Origin: Utricularia gibba
Lineage: Eukaryota > Plantae > Magnoliophyta
Reading direction: 5' to 3'
Length of the DNA stretch: 64,000 nucleotides
Assembly: GCA_002189035.1 (NCBI GenBank)
Contig: CM007990.1
Location: 2,294,001 to 2,358,000 of the forward strand
A program made the position numbers and the translations under genes. The notes under the pieces are model-generated. The model saw only the letters and a program-made list of their open reading frames with translations, had not been told where the DNA came from and searched no databases. This document shows, piece by piece, positions 37,584-51,905 of this stretch. Within the stretch, counting starts at the first letter, position 1. Each line of letters begins with the position of its first letter.

Positions 37584-38851
37584 GGGCGTGTTTGGTTCGA
37601 AATATGGTATGAAATGGCATTTTGTTTTATTTGAGATATGTAGTCAGTATGAGATATTCGATTGTATCTAAAAAATTGCAATGGGATTTATGTATTTATA
37701 TCTGGAAAACCTAGGATATATCTCATTCTAATCTTCAAAAAAAACAGGTGGGGTTTAGTGCTTTTTATAGTTAATCTTCAATTCTTTTCTTTTTTATTTA
37801 AGATTGTTTATACATCAACTTGTATGATATTTATCTTAACTGCAGTTGTGTTGTATAATGCTACAAAATTTTATATTGTATTTTTCTTTTTTTTTGTTTT
37901 ATAAAATTGATATAATTGATTGTTCTAATATTTGTTGCTGTAGTTTGTTTTTTTTTTTTTTTTGTTGTATTTTGCTGCTTTTGGAACGAATTTTCTGAAA
38001 AAATTATATCTACATTGTTGCAAAATTTTTGGCTATATTTTGCTATGCTTCGTTCCTGAATTTTGCTGCTGTTTCGCTATTTGTTGCTGTTAGTTTGCCG
38101 TTAAAATTTATATACCAGCAGCTCTTGTTGTTTGGTTTCAAATATTTCATGTCCGATCTTATCTTCATAATAATTTCTTTTTTGTCTGATACATTCCTAG
38201 ACGGTTGATAGGAGTAAAAAAAAAAAAAAAAAAAAAAAAAACAGCAAAATGGACAAAGCGTTCATGGGTTTCAAAGGGATTTAGAACGACGGATCTACTG
38301 ATAGAAACGAACAAGGAAGAGAAAAATATTTTAATGAAATGTGATAAATAAAATGTGAAATCTGTAATTTTTTAATAAGAATTAATTGTAATTAAGTTTA
38401 ATGAGTTGGTAACATCAGACAGGATTACTAACCGGAAAAATAGAGAAAATTGAGAATAATTAGAAGAAAGGTTTTCATTAGAACTTGAAATAAAGATGAT
38501 TAAGGTTTGGTTTTACTTACAAAATAACAATAACTTTATATAGAAATGTTTTTTTACTCCAATGCTCTTTTATATTAAAATATTGATTCTTGAATTCTTT
38601 TTTTTTCCTTTTGTTTCATATTCTGATCAAATCATCTGTAATAATGATATATTCCTTTTGGTTTGGAGTGAAGAGTTTGGAAAAACCTTTGAAGCATGAG
38701 TAATAGGGGTATGGTCCTTTGATCAAGCCCTTGCTTGCTTGTGTTCTATTGCCTCTCTCTTTCATCATGAAGAAGAACGTATGCTTTTGTTTGCTTCTCT
38801 CATCACCAAGTTCGCACAACATCTCAAAGTGAACTTAGACAAACACATCCC
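37584..38851. mobile_element. Possible Tourist/Harbinger-type non-autonomous element just 3' of NUP160
   Basis: Left end GGGCGTGTTTGGTT is Harbinger-like. Possible right end AGACAAACACATCCC. No clean TSD. Confidence 0.35.
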
Positions 38852-39189
38852 TCAAATAAATAATCGCTTCTGTTCTTTAAATTTAAATGATCTATTTTCC
38901 AGCAGTTACTTGAAGTAGATGGAAAAACCATTTTTGTGCAAATGGATATCAAGAGTATCATTATTTTTATACCTCCAACAATTGTCAACCCGCTAAAATG
39001 TGCAAGCACTCAAGAAGTGAGGTATGATGTAGATGTTTGAAATAGCTATGATATGGTATGAATAAAAATGTATGCAAGGAAGGCTTTGTATTGGTGTTTT
39101 TTGAAATGATTAATTTACAAACTTTGTACATGTATATATACAACATCAAAATAGAGACGTTGAAGAAGACTGTTGCCTATTCCTAAGAC

Positions 39190-39287
39190 TAGCTATTGTA
39201 TAGGTCTTTCATGTTATTCAACATAGCTATTGTATAGGTCTTTCATATTATTCAACATAGCTATTGTATAGGTCTTTCATGTTATTC
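39190..39287. repeat. 34-bp tandem repeat, about 2.9 copies
   Basis: TAGCTATTGTATAGGTCTTTCATGTTATTCAACA repeated head-to-tail with one substitution. Confidence 0.95.
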
Positions 39288-42200
39288 TTCCTTTCTTCCT
39301 TCATAATTTCTCATGTTGATTGGATTGGGCTCAGTTGTTTGGGCTTTCTTGATTTTTGATGCATCTTGCAGAATTAGGGTTCAGAATTATAAGACCCAGA
39401 CCTTTTATTCTCTCATTCCACTTTTCCTTGCTGAGATTTTGGTGCTCCTACTGCTGTAGAAAGTCTTGATGCTACAGATTTACCTTACTTGCATCTTCAT
39501 CTTCCAGCAAAATGCACCACAAGGCATTCCATTGAGCAATGTCCCATCCAACTTGACCAAACATACTCTTCTCTTAGCTATCTAAAACCTTCATGATCAA
39601 GTTTACTTACTCTCCAATAGATTGGGATCTCACATTTTGGTCTATCCCATAACCTAGGTAACGTCTGTCGTACTTGATAATGAGGACATTCTCAAATTAA
39701 GCATGAGATGGGAATTTTTTTTTTTTTTTGTTATTTTTCATAAGAATTTTTTGAGCATTAAGACCTTTGTGAGTTAAAGATGTAAATTACTTCTAAGAAG
39801 TAGAACTTAGAAGTTATAAATAACTCAAAGATACTTCTCAAATTCAATATATCTTGTAAGAATTAGAATTACTTGAGAAGTTATAAATAAGAAGTAGAAT
39901 ATTTTTAATTCTGATTTATTTTTCATTTTACTTTTTTTGAGAAGTAGAAGTTAAAAAAAGTAAGTTAGAATATGCTCAAAATATTGCGAGATTCTCTAGT
40001 TCAAGTGTTATTCAGGTTTTCTTATTTGCGAATAGTAGGTTTTCAAGACTTCCTTCCTTCTAATTCTTTCTTAAACTTTGCTAGAATTCACATTCGAAAA
40101 AACATAGTTTGTTCCAACTTCATGTTAGAACTTCCCTTCGTCTTCTCAAACCACTAGAAAAAGCATCTCCTTGGTCAAAAATCTGTTCCTCCCCTTAGCT
40201 ACTACTAGCTAGCCTCTAGCTGACCTAGCTTGCCTCGTTGCTTGTTTTTCCTTTGGAGCTTCCCTCTAGAATCGATCTTCCTTTGCATTTTGATTTTTTT
40301 TCGTTTATTCCTATTGTCAAATCATGCTAGTTTATTCTTCATCATAACATTCATAGTTGTTAGTATCCTGCTTTTTTAATTTAGTAGATTTCTTCTTTTC
40401 TAACTCTTGTTCAAAAAATATCTTAATAAAAATAATTAAATAATATGAATTGACCCAAATAGGCTTGACTTACTCAAACCCAATTTCAAATAAAATTTTT
40501 ACCCCTAAACATAATTGTATACATAATTTTAAGCCCACTTCAACATTGGATAAAATAAAATGCACAATTACATGTTTTTTTAGTAATCTAAATAATACAT
40601 TTTTAAGTTAGAAATGATGAAAGTCAAATGTAAAAATTTCCAATAAATGCACAACATCAGCAACAACAACTGATGGGACGAGGTGTTTGTTGGTCGCATC
40701 CACATCACAAGGGGATAATCGTGAATGTATTAAATGATTACCTCAAATAGCATTCGTTGCTTCAATGATGTTGTTCTTTTCTCCACCTAATAAATGATGG
40801 ACATGCACATTCCAAGACAAAATATAGAACTAGAATTCTTGTAATATCAATATAAAAGGGTGTCTTGGAAGCTTATTAGAGAGATTTAACAAGACACCAC
40901 AAGGTATCTCTCTTACTTTGAAGAAGAGGGTAGATACTCTAAAAAAAATGTGTAGGGTCATGTGATTTGGGCAAGACATCTCCACCAACCTATCAACGAC
41001 ATCCTAGTAGCAATGTGCAAAGACAGAGTGAAAAGCTACCATTAAGATCATACTTGTGAACACTTTTGAGGAGATCAAAGTGTTCAAGTGATAGAAAACT
41101 TGTCAAGTTCCAAGGAGAAGCTCATATTTTGAGGTCATGATTGTCTACTCAAAGTCGGGCATGAAAGTTTCAAAGGTTGTATTGAACCGCCAATCATAAT
41201 AGTGATGAATGTGGCTTGTCTTATCAATTTAAAGTAACTTCTAGAGCATGGACAATCCCTAGGATGATAAGGGCATTTCAAGGAGCCAAAGAGAGAAATG
41301 ATGACCAACTATCTCTATGAATCCTAACAAATAGGGTACCCAACACGGAGCACCCTAAGGAAAGGAAGTAACTCAAGGGCGAAAACCCATTATCAATATA
41401 ACTTATTTGTAAACCACCCTATCATAGAGAGGTCATTCTGGTGAAGTGAGTTAAAGTAGTATGAGCTATTCCTTCCTCCTTGGTTTAAATATTTTGTATA
41501 TCGTAGTATATGCTAATGTGATTTTATTATTTCATGACTATGACCACAAATCATATGTACAAGCTAAATGGGGCCATGATAATGTTGACAAAGAACTTGC
41601 TTGATAAGTAAGAAAGCAAATAAAATATTTAGATGAAGAATAAATGTTGAAAACTCAAATAAAAGTATAGAAGGATTCTATTTTTCATCCACACACTTCT
41701 TGGGAACGCTGTTGGTGTCTAAACTTGTAAAAATGCTCAAAGGGGGATGAGGACATGGTTGGTTCATTAGAGGAGATGGCAAGAGATTTGTCAGAAATTG
41801 ACCTCTCGATGATAGGTTTCCCATAAGTCTAATCCTTTGCATCATACTCTTCAAGCATTGGTGTTGATGGATCTTTGTACTATTGAACAGTCTCATAGCT
41901 ATAATGTTTTTCAAGGCCACCTAAGCTATGTTTTGAGCTATCTCAACAATCTCTTGGAGGAATCCAGGGCTATCAATGGGAGAGAAGACAAGGGGTGGAA
42001 ACTCCCACCTTGCATCAAATAAAGCTGCCCCAACTTTTTAACATCAAGACTAATAGTTATTTAAAAATTCTTATCAAGGAAGAAGCCAAGGAAGATCAAG
42101 AAATACACTACTATTTGGCTTCATCTAGACTATCATAGGTAGCCTTCAGCTACTCAATTTATTTTCATAATTACTATTCCTGCCTTTTACTTGTTTCCAA

Positions 42201-43715
42201 TGGAAAAGACCTAGTTATCCCTTTCTTTAACCTTGCCAATACTTGAATTCTGTACACCTTGAGAAGGTAATCTAAATATAGGTTTTTACATTCAGGACAC
42301 ATAATAGACATTAAAATTAATCAATGACGATGAAAAATCAGCATGGGAATTATCTTTGAAGGAAGATTGTAAATTGCGTAAGGCCTTACTAAATAGTTAT
42401 TCTTCTTCTTCTGAAAATGAAGCATGTGCATGTTGAGATATAATGCCTTCATGACTACAAAATGAAGTAAAATACATAAACTCTAACAAAAACTAATATT
42501 ATGAATAAGATCATTTCTTAATACTCTCTCTATCCTTTGCTTTTGAACATTTCCAATCTAAAAGGATGTACATAATTTTCATTTTGTGTTCACAAAGGCA
42601 TTATATGTTAACATGCACATACTTCATTTTCAAATAGAAGTTTTGCTTTTAATACAGGTACTACCCAAGGTTCTGCACTTGTGCGCCATCCCAAAAGAAA
42701 AAATTCGCCATTTCATTTGCAAACAGCAGATAAAAAATATGAGTAATAATTGTCACTTGAATGTACTTACTAGGATTTTGTAATGATTCTTTCACATTCA
42801 ATTGAGCCAAGAACTTTGTGGAAGTATCTATGAATTGTTTGTTTCACAAATTTGAAGTCATGTGATTGAATACATTTCTTATGATAAGCAAATATATCTT
42901 AAAATAATTGATACATGTCTTATGAAATACTTACATACTTAAAGTTTCCAAGACCTCAATTGTGCTTAAACAAAGTTACTATCTTCAACATAACTTTCAA
43001 GCATTTTATCATGGATGACAATCAATTATGGAATACTTTTTTTATTTTTCAGCTCATCTCGTTCAACATAATATATGCTGTTATAAACATACCAATTGTC
43101 AGACGATACACAATGAAATGCATTAGAAAAAGATTCACCAACATCATATCCACTTCCATGTTCATCAAAATAACAAACGAAACAAAAACATTAAGTAAAA
43201 TGTATACATTAAGAAAAAGATTCATCAACACCATATCCACTTCCATATTCATCAAACACAGACAAGCATTAATATAAAAAATTAATTTTCTGAAAACAAG
43301 TTAAGTATACTAATTTAGAACCTATTGAAACCAATAATCATAAGAGTAGTAGTTGGAAATATGCAATGAAAGTGTCTGAAATTTCCAATGAAATACAAGG
43401 AGAAGTGCCGTATATCTTCATTTTTTATATGACGACAAAAGCCACAAAAATTTTGTCCAAATCTATTGTCACAAAGATTAGTGAAGAAAAAGAGCGCGAC
43501 AGCCAAATTTCAAACGAAACGAATGAATAAAACTTATTAGAAATATTACAGGAAGGATATTTTGGACAATTCATATTTTTTATTAATCATATATCATAAA
43601 TTTACTAAATATTTTATATTACCAACTATCAAACAATGCGTGAGTTCATGATTCAGTCCCTCCAGGCCAGTCGAGCTGCCTCCTTGCTTTGTCGCTTTTT
43701 CTAGGTGTTAGGGCA

Positions 43716-46700
43716 ATGGCGGGTGATGCGGATGTGAGTGGGTGGACCGACCTCCTCCATTCCTCGTCAAAACTTATCGAACAGGCGGCGCCGTCAGCGC
43801 AGTTTCCGCCGCTTCAGGTCGTAATTTTACCGTTAACTTCAGGATGCGTTGTGCTTGTTGTAGATAGAATGAATAAAGGGTAAAATAACAGTTCACTATA
43901 TCTTTTCACTTTTTTTTTAAGCAGCGGAATTTGGATCAGTTGGAGTCGTTGTCCAAGAAGTTGAAGGCTAAAACCCTTAGGGCTGAAGCCCCCTCACAGT
44001 CAATCGCTGCTACAAGGTAATTATCATTTTCTTTGGCTACTGATGATATCTTATCGAGTTGGAGCGCTTTGTGTTGATTCGTATATTTGGTTGGATAATT
44101 GAAGTCTGCCCTTCCAGTTTAAAAAATGTATGCAAGGCCATTGAGTTCTGTGAATATGTTCTGTGAATATGTTCTCGCTTTGTGCCTTATATGATACCTG
44201 TTTACTGCAGACTACTTGCTAGAGAAGGACTAAATGCAGAGCGGCTTGCCCGAGATCTCAAGTCTTTTGAATTAAAGGTAAAATCAGTGCTTCCTTTTTC
44301 CTCTTCTCTGGTGTAGTTTTGTTCCTATCCTCCATTTGTTGTAATGCAATCTGAACTTTTTTGGCTTGCTCTTATCCTACATCTTTTTTTATTTTTTGGT
44401 AAAAGACGACATTTGAGGATGTCTTCCCCCCTGAGGCAACGACTGTTGAAGAGTATCTTCAACAGGTAGGCTAATTTCTTTGATTCTGTGAAAATTTAAA
44501 CATTTACCTTTATCGGAAGTAACTTCTGCGTTTACCATTTTATTTTTCATGTTTCCTGATGTGCATGATTTATCGGACATCAGGTACATGAAATGACTAT
44601 TCTCTCATCTATTCAAGAGGCTCAGAAGGGTAATCTCAAAAGCTTTAACGATTATGTGATATCAGTTTTGCAGGTAATTATCTTTACACTGTTGCTTACT
44701 TGCTCTCGCATTCTTAGTCAATTTTCCACGTGGTCCTCCTCTCATTTGTACTTTCAATTTGTAGGAAGACTGGAAAAAGGAGAGAAGGGATTTCCTTGAG
44801 AGCCTGAGTCGAATTTCTACACTTCCTAGAACTGATAAGCAAGATTCTGCCAGTGGGACTGGCTATCGTTCTCAGTTAATTCCTATTAGTTCAAGTTCTC
44901 AGCTCTATTGTGATACATCTGGTTCGGAGCCTAAGCGTTTAACTAGTAAGCCTGTGATTGAACAAAAGGCAGCAGCATATGCAGAGGTCGTGAAGAATCT
45001 CAATGCTGCCAGGGAGCGTGGCTTGCCGTTTAAGGTACAAATCTAATAGTTTATTTCATGTTACCCTATGCACAATTCAGTATACGAATTATTTGAAGCA
45101 AATTTCTTTTCCAAACATATGTGTGCTAGGTAACTTTTTCTGAGATTAACTAATTTCTGTGCTTTTTGCATTTTCATCTTAATGCTAATCTATTCTATAC
45201 TTTCTCCATTTTCTCTCAGCCAGCGGCATCTTTCAAAAATGCTTATGAAAGTTTGAAGGTTGAGCCTTCTGGCCAAAAAATGGTTGGCATGCTTAAAATA
45301 TGGCACCTAGTAATGGTATGGGGCACTTGCAGTTTCTTCTGTACGGATATTCAGATATTTTCTTGTGTCTGATATTAAAATAAGGCCATATTATCTTTAT
45401 TTTTGTTTTAGAGTTTAATGGGTGAAGATTCAGCTATTCAAAATATTGCTTCCAAAAGAACATCTTTGCTGATGGGAGCTCGTCGGCATCTTCAATGGGG
45501 ACATGAAAGGTACATCATGGATGTAATTCAGAGCCATCCTTCTCAGGTATATCCCTTTTTGCATTTCGTAGTTCTGGTCATTGCCTTTCGTATATCCTCA
45601 AGTTACATTTTGTTTCCATAAGCCATTGTATGATTGATCTTCCTAGCATTTTTTTTATTGATTCCTTAATTGCAATGTATCTTCATTTTTGATAGGCTGC
45701 TCTTGGAGGCGGTGTTGGGAATCTGCAAAGAATACGAGCATTTCTTCGGGTATGTCTGACTAATTTGTATTGTAGTTGGCATTCAGATTTCCTTTCTTGT
45801 GGTAAAATTATCCTTATTGATTGTTGATAAGTATGCATCCTATGTTTTGCAGATACGTCTACGAGATTATGGTGTTCTTGATTTTGATTCTGGTGATACT
45901 TTTCGGCAGCCACCTGTGGATACAACATGGCAGCAGGTGCTGTATTCCTTCTCTGATGTATCATATGAATTGTTAGTTTAAGTCAAGCATGTGTATTAGC
46001 TTTTCCTGAAGTTCTAGTATGGAAATTGGAATTACTCGTATTCACTTTCTACATCTAAAAGATTGAAATATTTTTCACAGATATATTTCTGCCTGAGGAC
46101 TGGATATTATGACGATGCTAGAGAAGTTTCTCAGACATCTCGTGTGTCACAGCAGTTCACCCCTTTGGTAAGATCATCCTCTTATTTTTAACAGGTCATA
46201 CTTTTCTGGATTTAATCTGATATGTTTTTTTGTTTATTAGCTTGCTGAATGGATTACTACTGGAGGCATGGTCTCAGCAGAAACTGCAGCTGCTGCCTCT
46301 GAAGAATGTGAGAAAATCCTGCGTATGGTAGACAGGGTAGGCAGAGCTTCATATGACAAGCAAAAATTACTCTTGCATGCCATAATATCTGGTTCCAAAA
46401 AGCTGATAGACCGATTGCTGAGAGAACTGCCTACTGTCTTTAATACAATTGAAGATTTCTTATGGTTCATGTTGTCTGCATGTCGAGACTTGTCTACTGG
46501 TCCTTCTAGCAGTATGCAGGCTGGATGGTCACCCTACAGGTTGGAGGATTTGCAAGCATATTTGAACAAGTTTGAACCATCACATTACACAAGGAATGGA
46601 AAAGACCCTTTGGTTTATGCATATGTTCTGCTTTTGAGCATCCAGCTGCTGCCTGCCATTGTACATCTGTCGAAGGATATCGGGGAGGATGGGCATGGTG

Positions 46701-47949
46701 TTGATGCTGTGCACATAGCAGTCGTTCTTGCAGACTATGGTGTTTTAACTGATATTCCTGGGCCCAGTCAAACGCTTGGAAGTATGGACTCTATTGCAGA
46801 GACATCTAGTATAATTAGGCAGTATGGGACTGCTTATTTGCGCCATGGCAGTATGCCCATGGCGGTGGAATATTATGTTCAAGCAGCTGCCACTGTGGGT
46901 GGTGGACAGTTGTCATGGAGTGGTAGATGTAATATGGATCAGGATAGACAGAAAAAATTGATGTTGATGCAACTGCTCACAGAGGTATTGCTACATGATG
47001 GTGGCATTTATTTTTTGCTTGGCTCAAGAGGTGCTGGTGACGAAGGTCAACTAGGAAAGTATTTACCCGGTGCGGAGATAAGGCATCAGTTTCTGCTCCA
47101 AGCTGCTGAGCGGTGTCAAGATGCTGGTTTATATGATAAGGTAATGCCCCTTGTTATGCACCATTTGATTACCTTTTCTCAACATGATACTTCATCTGCC
47201 TTGATCTCATGTAATCAATAATTACTTTCAGTCCATAGAAATCCATAAAAGAATTGGAGCGTTTTCAGCTGCACTAAACTTGGTAAACAAGTGTCTGTCT
47301 GAAGCAATTGCCGACCTGTCACGGGGCAGATTGGATGGTGAAAGCAGGATTGCCGGGCTCAAACATTCTGCAGATGAGATCTTGGAGACATACAAATACT
47401 ACCCCGAGATCAGGTACCTGATGTCTTGCATAATGCTGGTTTCCCAAAACATGTACACGGGCATATACTAAATTCCTTCCCCCCAACCCTGCAGCCCTGC
47501 AGAGAGTGCAAACTTGATGGAGCAGCAAACAATTCTAAGACAGCTTGAGGCAATCCTCTCTGTTCACAAACTTTCAACGTCTGGAAATCATTTGGACGCG
47601 TTAAGGGAAGTTGCTAGGCTTTCATTCCTTCCTCTGAACCCAAGGTCACCTGATGTTGCTGTTGATGCCTACAAAAACTTGTCGCCCCATGTCGAAGCAT
47701 GCGTTCCAGGCCTTCTCAGAGACGCCCTTCAGTGCCTAGACAGCATCAAGGACAGGGATGCAGATGGATCTCTTCGTGTCTTGAGAGCGCAGGTAAATTT
47801 CATAAAACTAAAGACATTAGTAATGTGACAAGTGCAGCGCCCCTTCTCACCAAGTTTGTTCCACTATGCAGATCTCCAACTTTCTTGCTAAAAATGTGAA
47901 CCGCAACTGGCCACGCGACTTGTATGAGAAGGTTGCTCGGAGCTTGTGA
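43716..47949 (+). CDS. NUP93: Nuclear pore complex protein NUP93 (15 exons)
   Basis: MAGDADVSGWTDLLHSSSKLIEQAAPSAQFPPLQRNLDQLESLSKKLKAKTLR...TTFEDVFP...IYFCLRTG...IEDFLWF...NWPRDLYEKVARSL*. All exons traced in frame with GT-AG introns. Confidence 0.97.
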
Positions 47950-48999
47950 GCGGTTCTCTTAGAAGAACTCTGAATTACGTTTCAAGCCCGGAGGTGTAAG
48001 ATGTTGGATGATTATGAGATTTGGCTGGGGGTTCAGGGAGCAAAAATGCATGATAAAAAAAAAAAAGAAGAAAATCTAAATCCCCCACTTAAATTTGTGC
48101 GTCAAATTCTCTTGCATGACCGAATGCACATGGGAGTCAGAAACTATGGCATTTTGTGTAAGCAAACCCATCTGGGGACGATGTACGGATGTAGCAAAAT
48201 CTGCCGAAAACGTGTTATTGTTATGTTTACCCTCATCATCGACTTGGAACACACCGGACATGAGAATTCAATGAAATTAAATTACATTTCTATATCAAAA
48301 TTTGGTTTGGAGCTGTTAAGGTTTAGGGAGGCCTTGGATAGTTCATCGACTGCTTTTTGACATATTAAAATAACACTCAGACGTGGATTATGGTTAATCC
48401 ATGCCCTCGTCATAAACATTGCAAGCCATATCTGTGTTACATAATAATTGAAATGTTAATAGCTTAATTGAATTTTTGTATTTTTTAACCTATACTTTAA
48501 AGGTTCGATTCTAATATGATACAAATAGTATACTTTTATAAAATTAAAATTAATTCAAAAATAAAATCAAAAGATTAAAATAATTAATTAAAATATTGAA
48601 AGTTAAATTCATTTTAATTAATTTTAATTTGTGTATGAATAAAATTATTAATTTGAAATATCAAATATATATATATAAATATATAAGTTTATATATATAT
48701 TCTTTGTAAATAAAAATTAGTTATTGTTATTATGAAATATATGATATCTACAAAGTCATATTATTTAACAAATAAAAATATAAAAATATTTTTATATCCA
48801 ATAAGATTATATATCAATAAATTTTTTACATCAAACTATTTAATTAATTAACTTTCATTAACCTTATTAATAAAATATTTACTTTTTAGAAATTCATAAA
48901 AAAAAGTTACAATATTTTTGGTAATACAATAACTTTTATTTTTTTCAATGAAAAGCATTAAATAAATTATTAAACATCGTATCACGATGACCTGTGGAC

Positions 49000-51250
49000 T
49001 GACGAGATGTTCCGACGTCATTTGATTAATAACTCCAACCTTCAAGTGGCACTTGGATAGATGATTGAGGTGGCTGAAAATATTTTTCGATATTAGGTCG
49101 AGAGGGGATGTTGATTGATGCTCAATGTCTGATAGGTGGACTTGATGGTAATGTCTTGTATAGGCGATGCAACTTTTTGATTATCTCTCAAACTTCTTCT
49201 TCTTTATCCCATATCCATTGTCATTGGGAATCCAATAGTTCTTCTTCGACTTGACTTGGTTGGCATTTTCCGGGATGCATCATGCACAAGCTCGAATGGT
49301 GGTGGTGTCCATTGAAATTCTACCCACAACGGTTGAAATTGCATAACTCATTAATCTGTCTTTCAAGTGAAAATAGAGGATTGATGAAGGCTTTTGAGTC
49401 AACTCCTAGTCTCTTGCAAGCTTGTTGGACATATGAACATGGAACTTCAAAATTTTGTCATTTTCTATATGTGCATGTACCATCATTTACTCGTACTAGA
49501 AAAATCTTTCCCTCTTATCCTGATTTATGTCGAGTTGTCACCCGAACAACCATGTTTGCTTGGTATCTCCACACATGCATGTGGTATTGCCTGATTCCAA
49601 TGTTTATACAATTTAAATAGATTTTTGGCGAATTGCAGTCTTTGATGACATTGTTGTAAGGTCTTAGATAATCGGTTTGTGAAATAATTCTTGCACCTTG
49701 TGAATGTTGCCTACATTTTCATAAGAAAAACATTAGGCATAGGATTACAAGATTATACCAAATATATAGTTACTAATACCTGTGTCAATGTGATTATTGG
49801 AAAGTGTTGTGCACTACGTAGTACATCATTCATACCTTCAACTTAATTCATAGTCATGGTTCCAAATCTAAGTATGGCGGAGAATGTTAAGTTTTTTAAT
49901 AGAAATAATAGAATAATTAGAATATCTTACATTTTTCCTTCATCGTGTGACAACGCCCATGATTTTGGAGGGAACTTAAATAAATAACACCAAGCACCAA
50001 TGAGAAAATCTCAAATTTGATTCATATAGAAGTCTAATTTCTCTACCGATATTGCATTTACAGCCCATGTGAATGTGTTTCTTAATCTTGGATGCTTGAA
50101 TTTATTTATAACATTCGCCCTAAGGTGTCGAATACACCATCTATGACATCCACCATTTGTAGACCTGAAGGTATGAACTCGTTCTACTGCCTTTTTGATG
50201 GAGTCACATCTATCAGATATTAGGCACGTTGGTCTATCCTGAGCAACTTATCTACCATGTAGTTGGAGAAATCACATCTATGAGTCATCTGTTTTCTCAT
50301 CCATAATAACAAATGTAAAGGAAACACATTTGCAAGATACTTTAAAAGTGATTGCAATCAACATCTTGTGACGATAATGCACATATAAATGGGTTGTATC
50401 AACTGACACCACCGACCGACACCATTTATATACTTGAATACAAGATCCAAATGCCCAAAATGCATAGTGTAACACATTTCCATTGTGATGCTTCCATTGT
50501 ACTATAGTGCCGGGATTTTGAAGTGTAACCTCTTGCAAGAAAGAGGAGAGTTTCGGCATAGAACTCTCCCAATTAACAAACACATCAATGAAGACTCGTC
50601 TCAAACCATACTAGGCTCTATGATATGGAATCATATAATTCATTATCTCGTTGATTGCAGTTACAATTGTACTTACTTTAATACCAATATCTCTTTCCAC
50701 GAACGTTCTCGCTATGTTGGCGATATACCTAACTCAAATATTTTGATAATCAAAATATCTTGGACCATCCCGACTACAAATGTGAAGAAATTCCATCACA
50801 TTAACTTTCCATTGCCAATGACTTTTATAGTAGTCACCACGAATCCTCCAACGTCATCCTTGTTCTCTACGTTGTTTGCAACGTAAATCCAACACATTAG
50901 GTTCTGAATCATTAACATAGAACTCTTTATCGATTTTGATCAAATACTACAACACTACACTACGAAAGTCCTCCTTATTTTCAAAAAAATAAGGAGGCAT
51001 TTCGTAACAATTAGACATTTAATTTCATTCAATTCTGAAAAATCATCATCATCCTCTTCATATTCATCAAAATCTGCATCATAATCTGGATCCAATTCTC
51101 CTTCATTACCAACATTACGATCGTACTTTGGATAAACGTTTACATATGTATCGGTATCCGGATCATTTGAAAAAAATTTCTTGTTATATTTCAAAAATAA
51201 TAAAATACAATTATTATTATGTACGTGAATCTGAATCGGATTCCACTCTA
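49000..51250 (-). pseudogene. Mutator-like (MULE/SWIM) transposase relic
   Basis: YAFWAFGSCIQVYKWCRSVVSVDTTHLYVHYRHKMLIA (MULE DDE region), an ISDRH-like segment at ~50200 and a SWIM-like segment at ~49400-49500. Heavily degraded; boundaries approximate. Confidence 0.85.
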
Positions 51251-51661
51251 ATTTCTTCTTCTGTAGTTTGATAATTTCTCATCTCATTGTAAAATACCGA
51301 TTAAGTAGTCGTAAAATTGTGAAGCTTCATAGTTGTGCATCGGATGCTCTTCTTCTATGCCAAACCAATCAGTATTTTGAAAATCTGTCATTTTCGAATC
51401 CATATTTTTTTAAATTACACAAATCGATTGTAATCATGTATTTGCATCTAGCTAAAAAAAGTTACCTCGATAAAATGAGCCACCCTCATATTCTGAATAT
51501 TGTGGGTTGAACTCATACAGAGCATTTTGTGAGTTGTACCCGTATGAAGAATTTTACAGATTGAACTCATAAGGGTCGTTATTCGAGCCCAAAAAGTTCT
51601 ACATCAGAAATTTGATTAGAATGCTTGTTGCAATAACTTGAATGCAACATTCTTTTATAGG

Positions 51662-51905
51662 ATAATATAAATATCTACATATGCTAATTTATAACCAAAT
51701 AATGATAATATCTAGATACATTAATCTATAATCACATAATAATAATATTTACATGTCTAGATATATTAATTTATAACTATACAATAATAATATTTACATA
51801 TAGTAATTTATGGCCACACAATGATAATATCTAAATATACTAATTTATAACCATATAATAATAATATCTACATATACTAATTTATAACCACATAATAATA
51901 ATATC
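51662..51905. repeat. AT-rich ~36-bp degenerate tandem repeat (~6-7 copies), probably subterminal to the MULE
   Basis: Unit approximately ATAATATCTACATATACTAATTTATAACCACATAAT. Confidence 0.75.

Noticed and set aside
39190-39287. 34-bp repeat as a CRISPR array
   Set aside because: Units are head-to-tail without unique spacers, there are no cas genes, and the context is eukaryotic.
40620-42330. Degenerate Copia-like internal sequence
   Set aside because: Only vague similarity; no diagnostic motif readable in any frame.
46268-47221. 317-aa ORF as an independent gene
   Set aside because: It is the large internal exon of NUP93.
48400-48950. Extremely AT-rich tracts (also 52.0-53.0 kb and 57.9-58.8 kb) as MULE TIRs or special elements
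   Set aside because: Low complexity; no inverted pair or TSD could be matched by eye.
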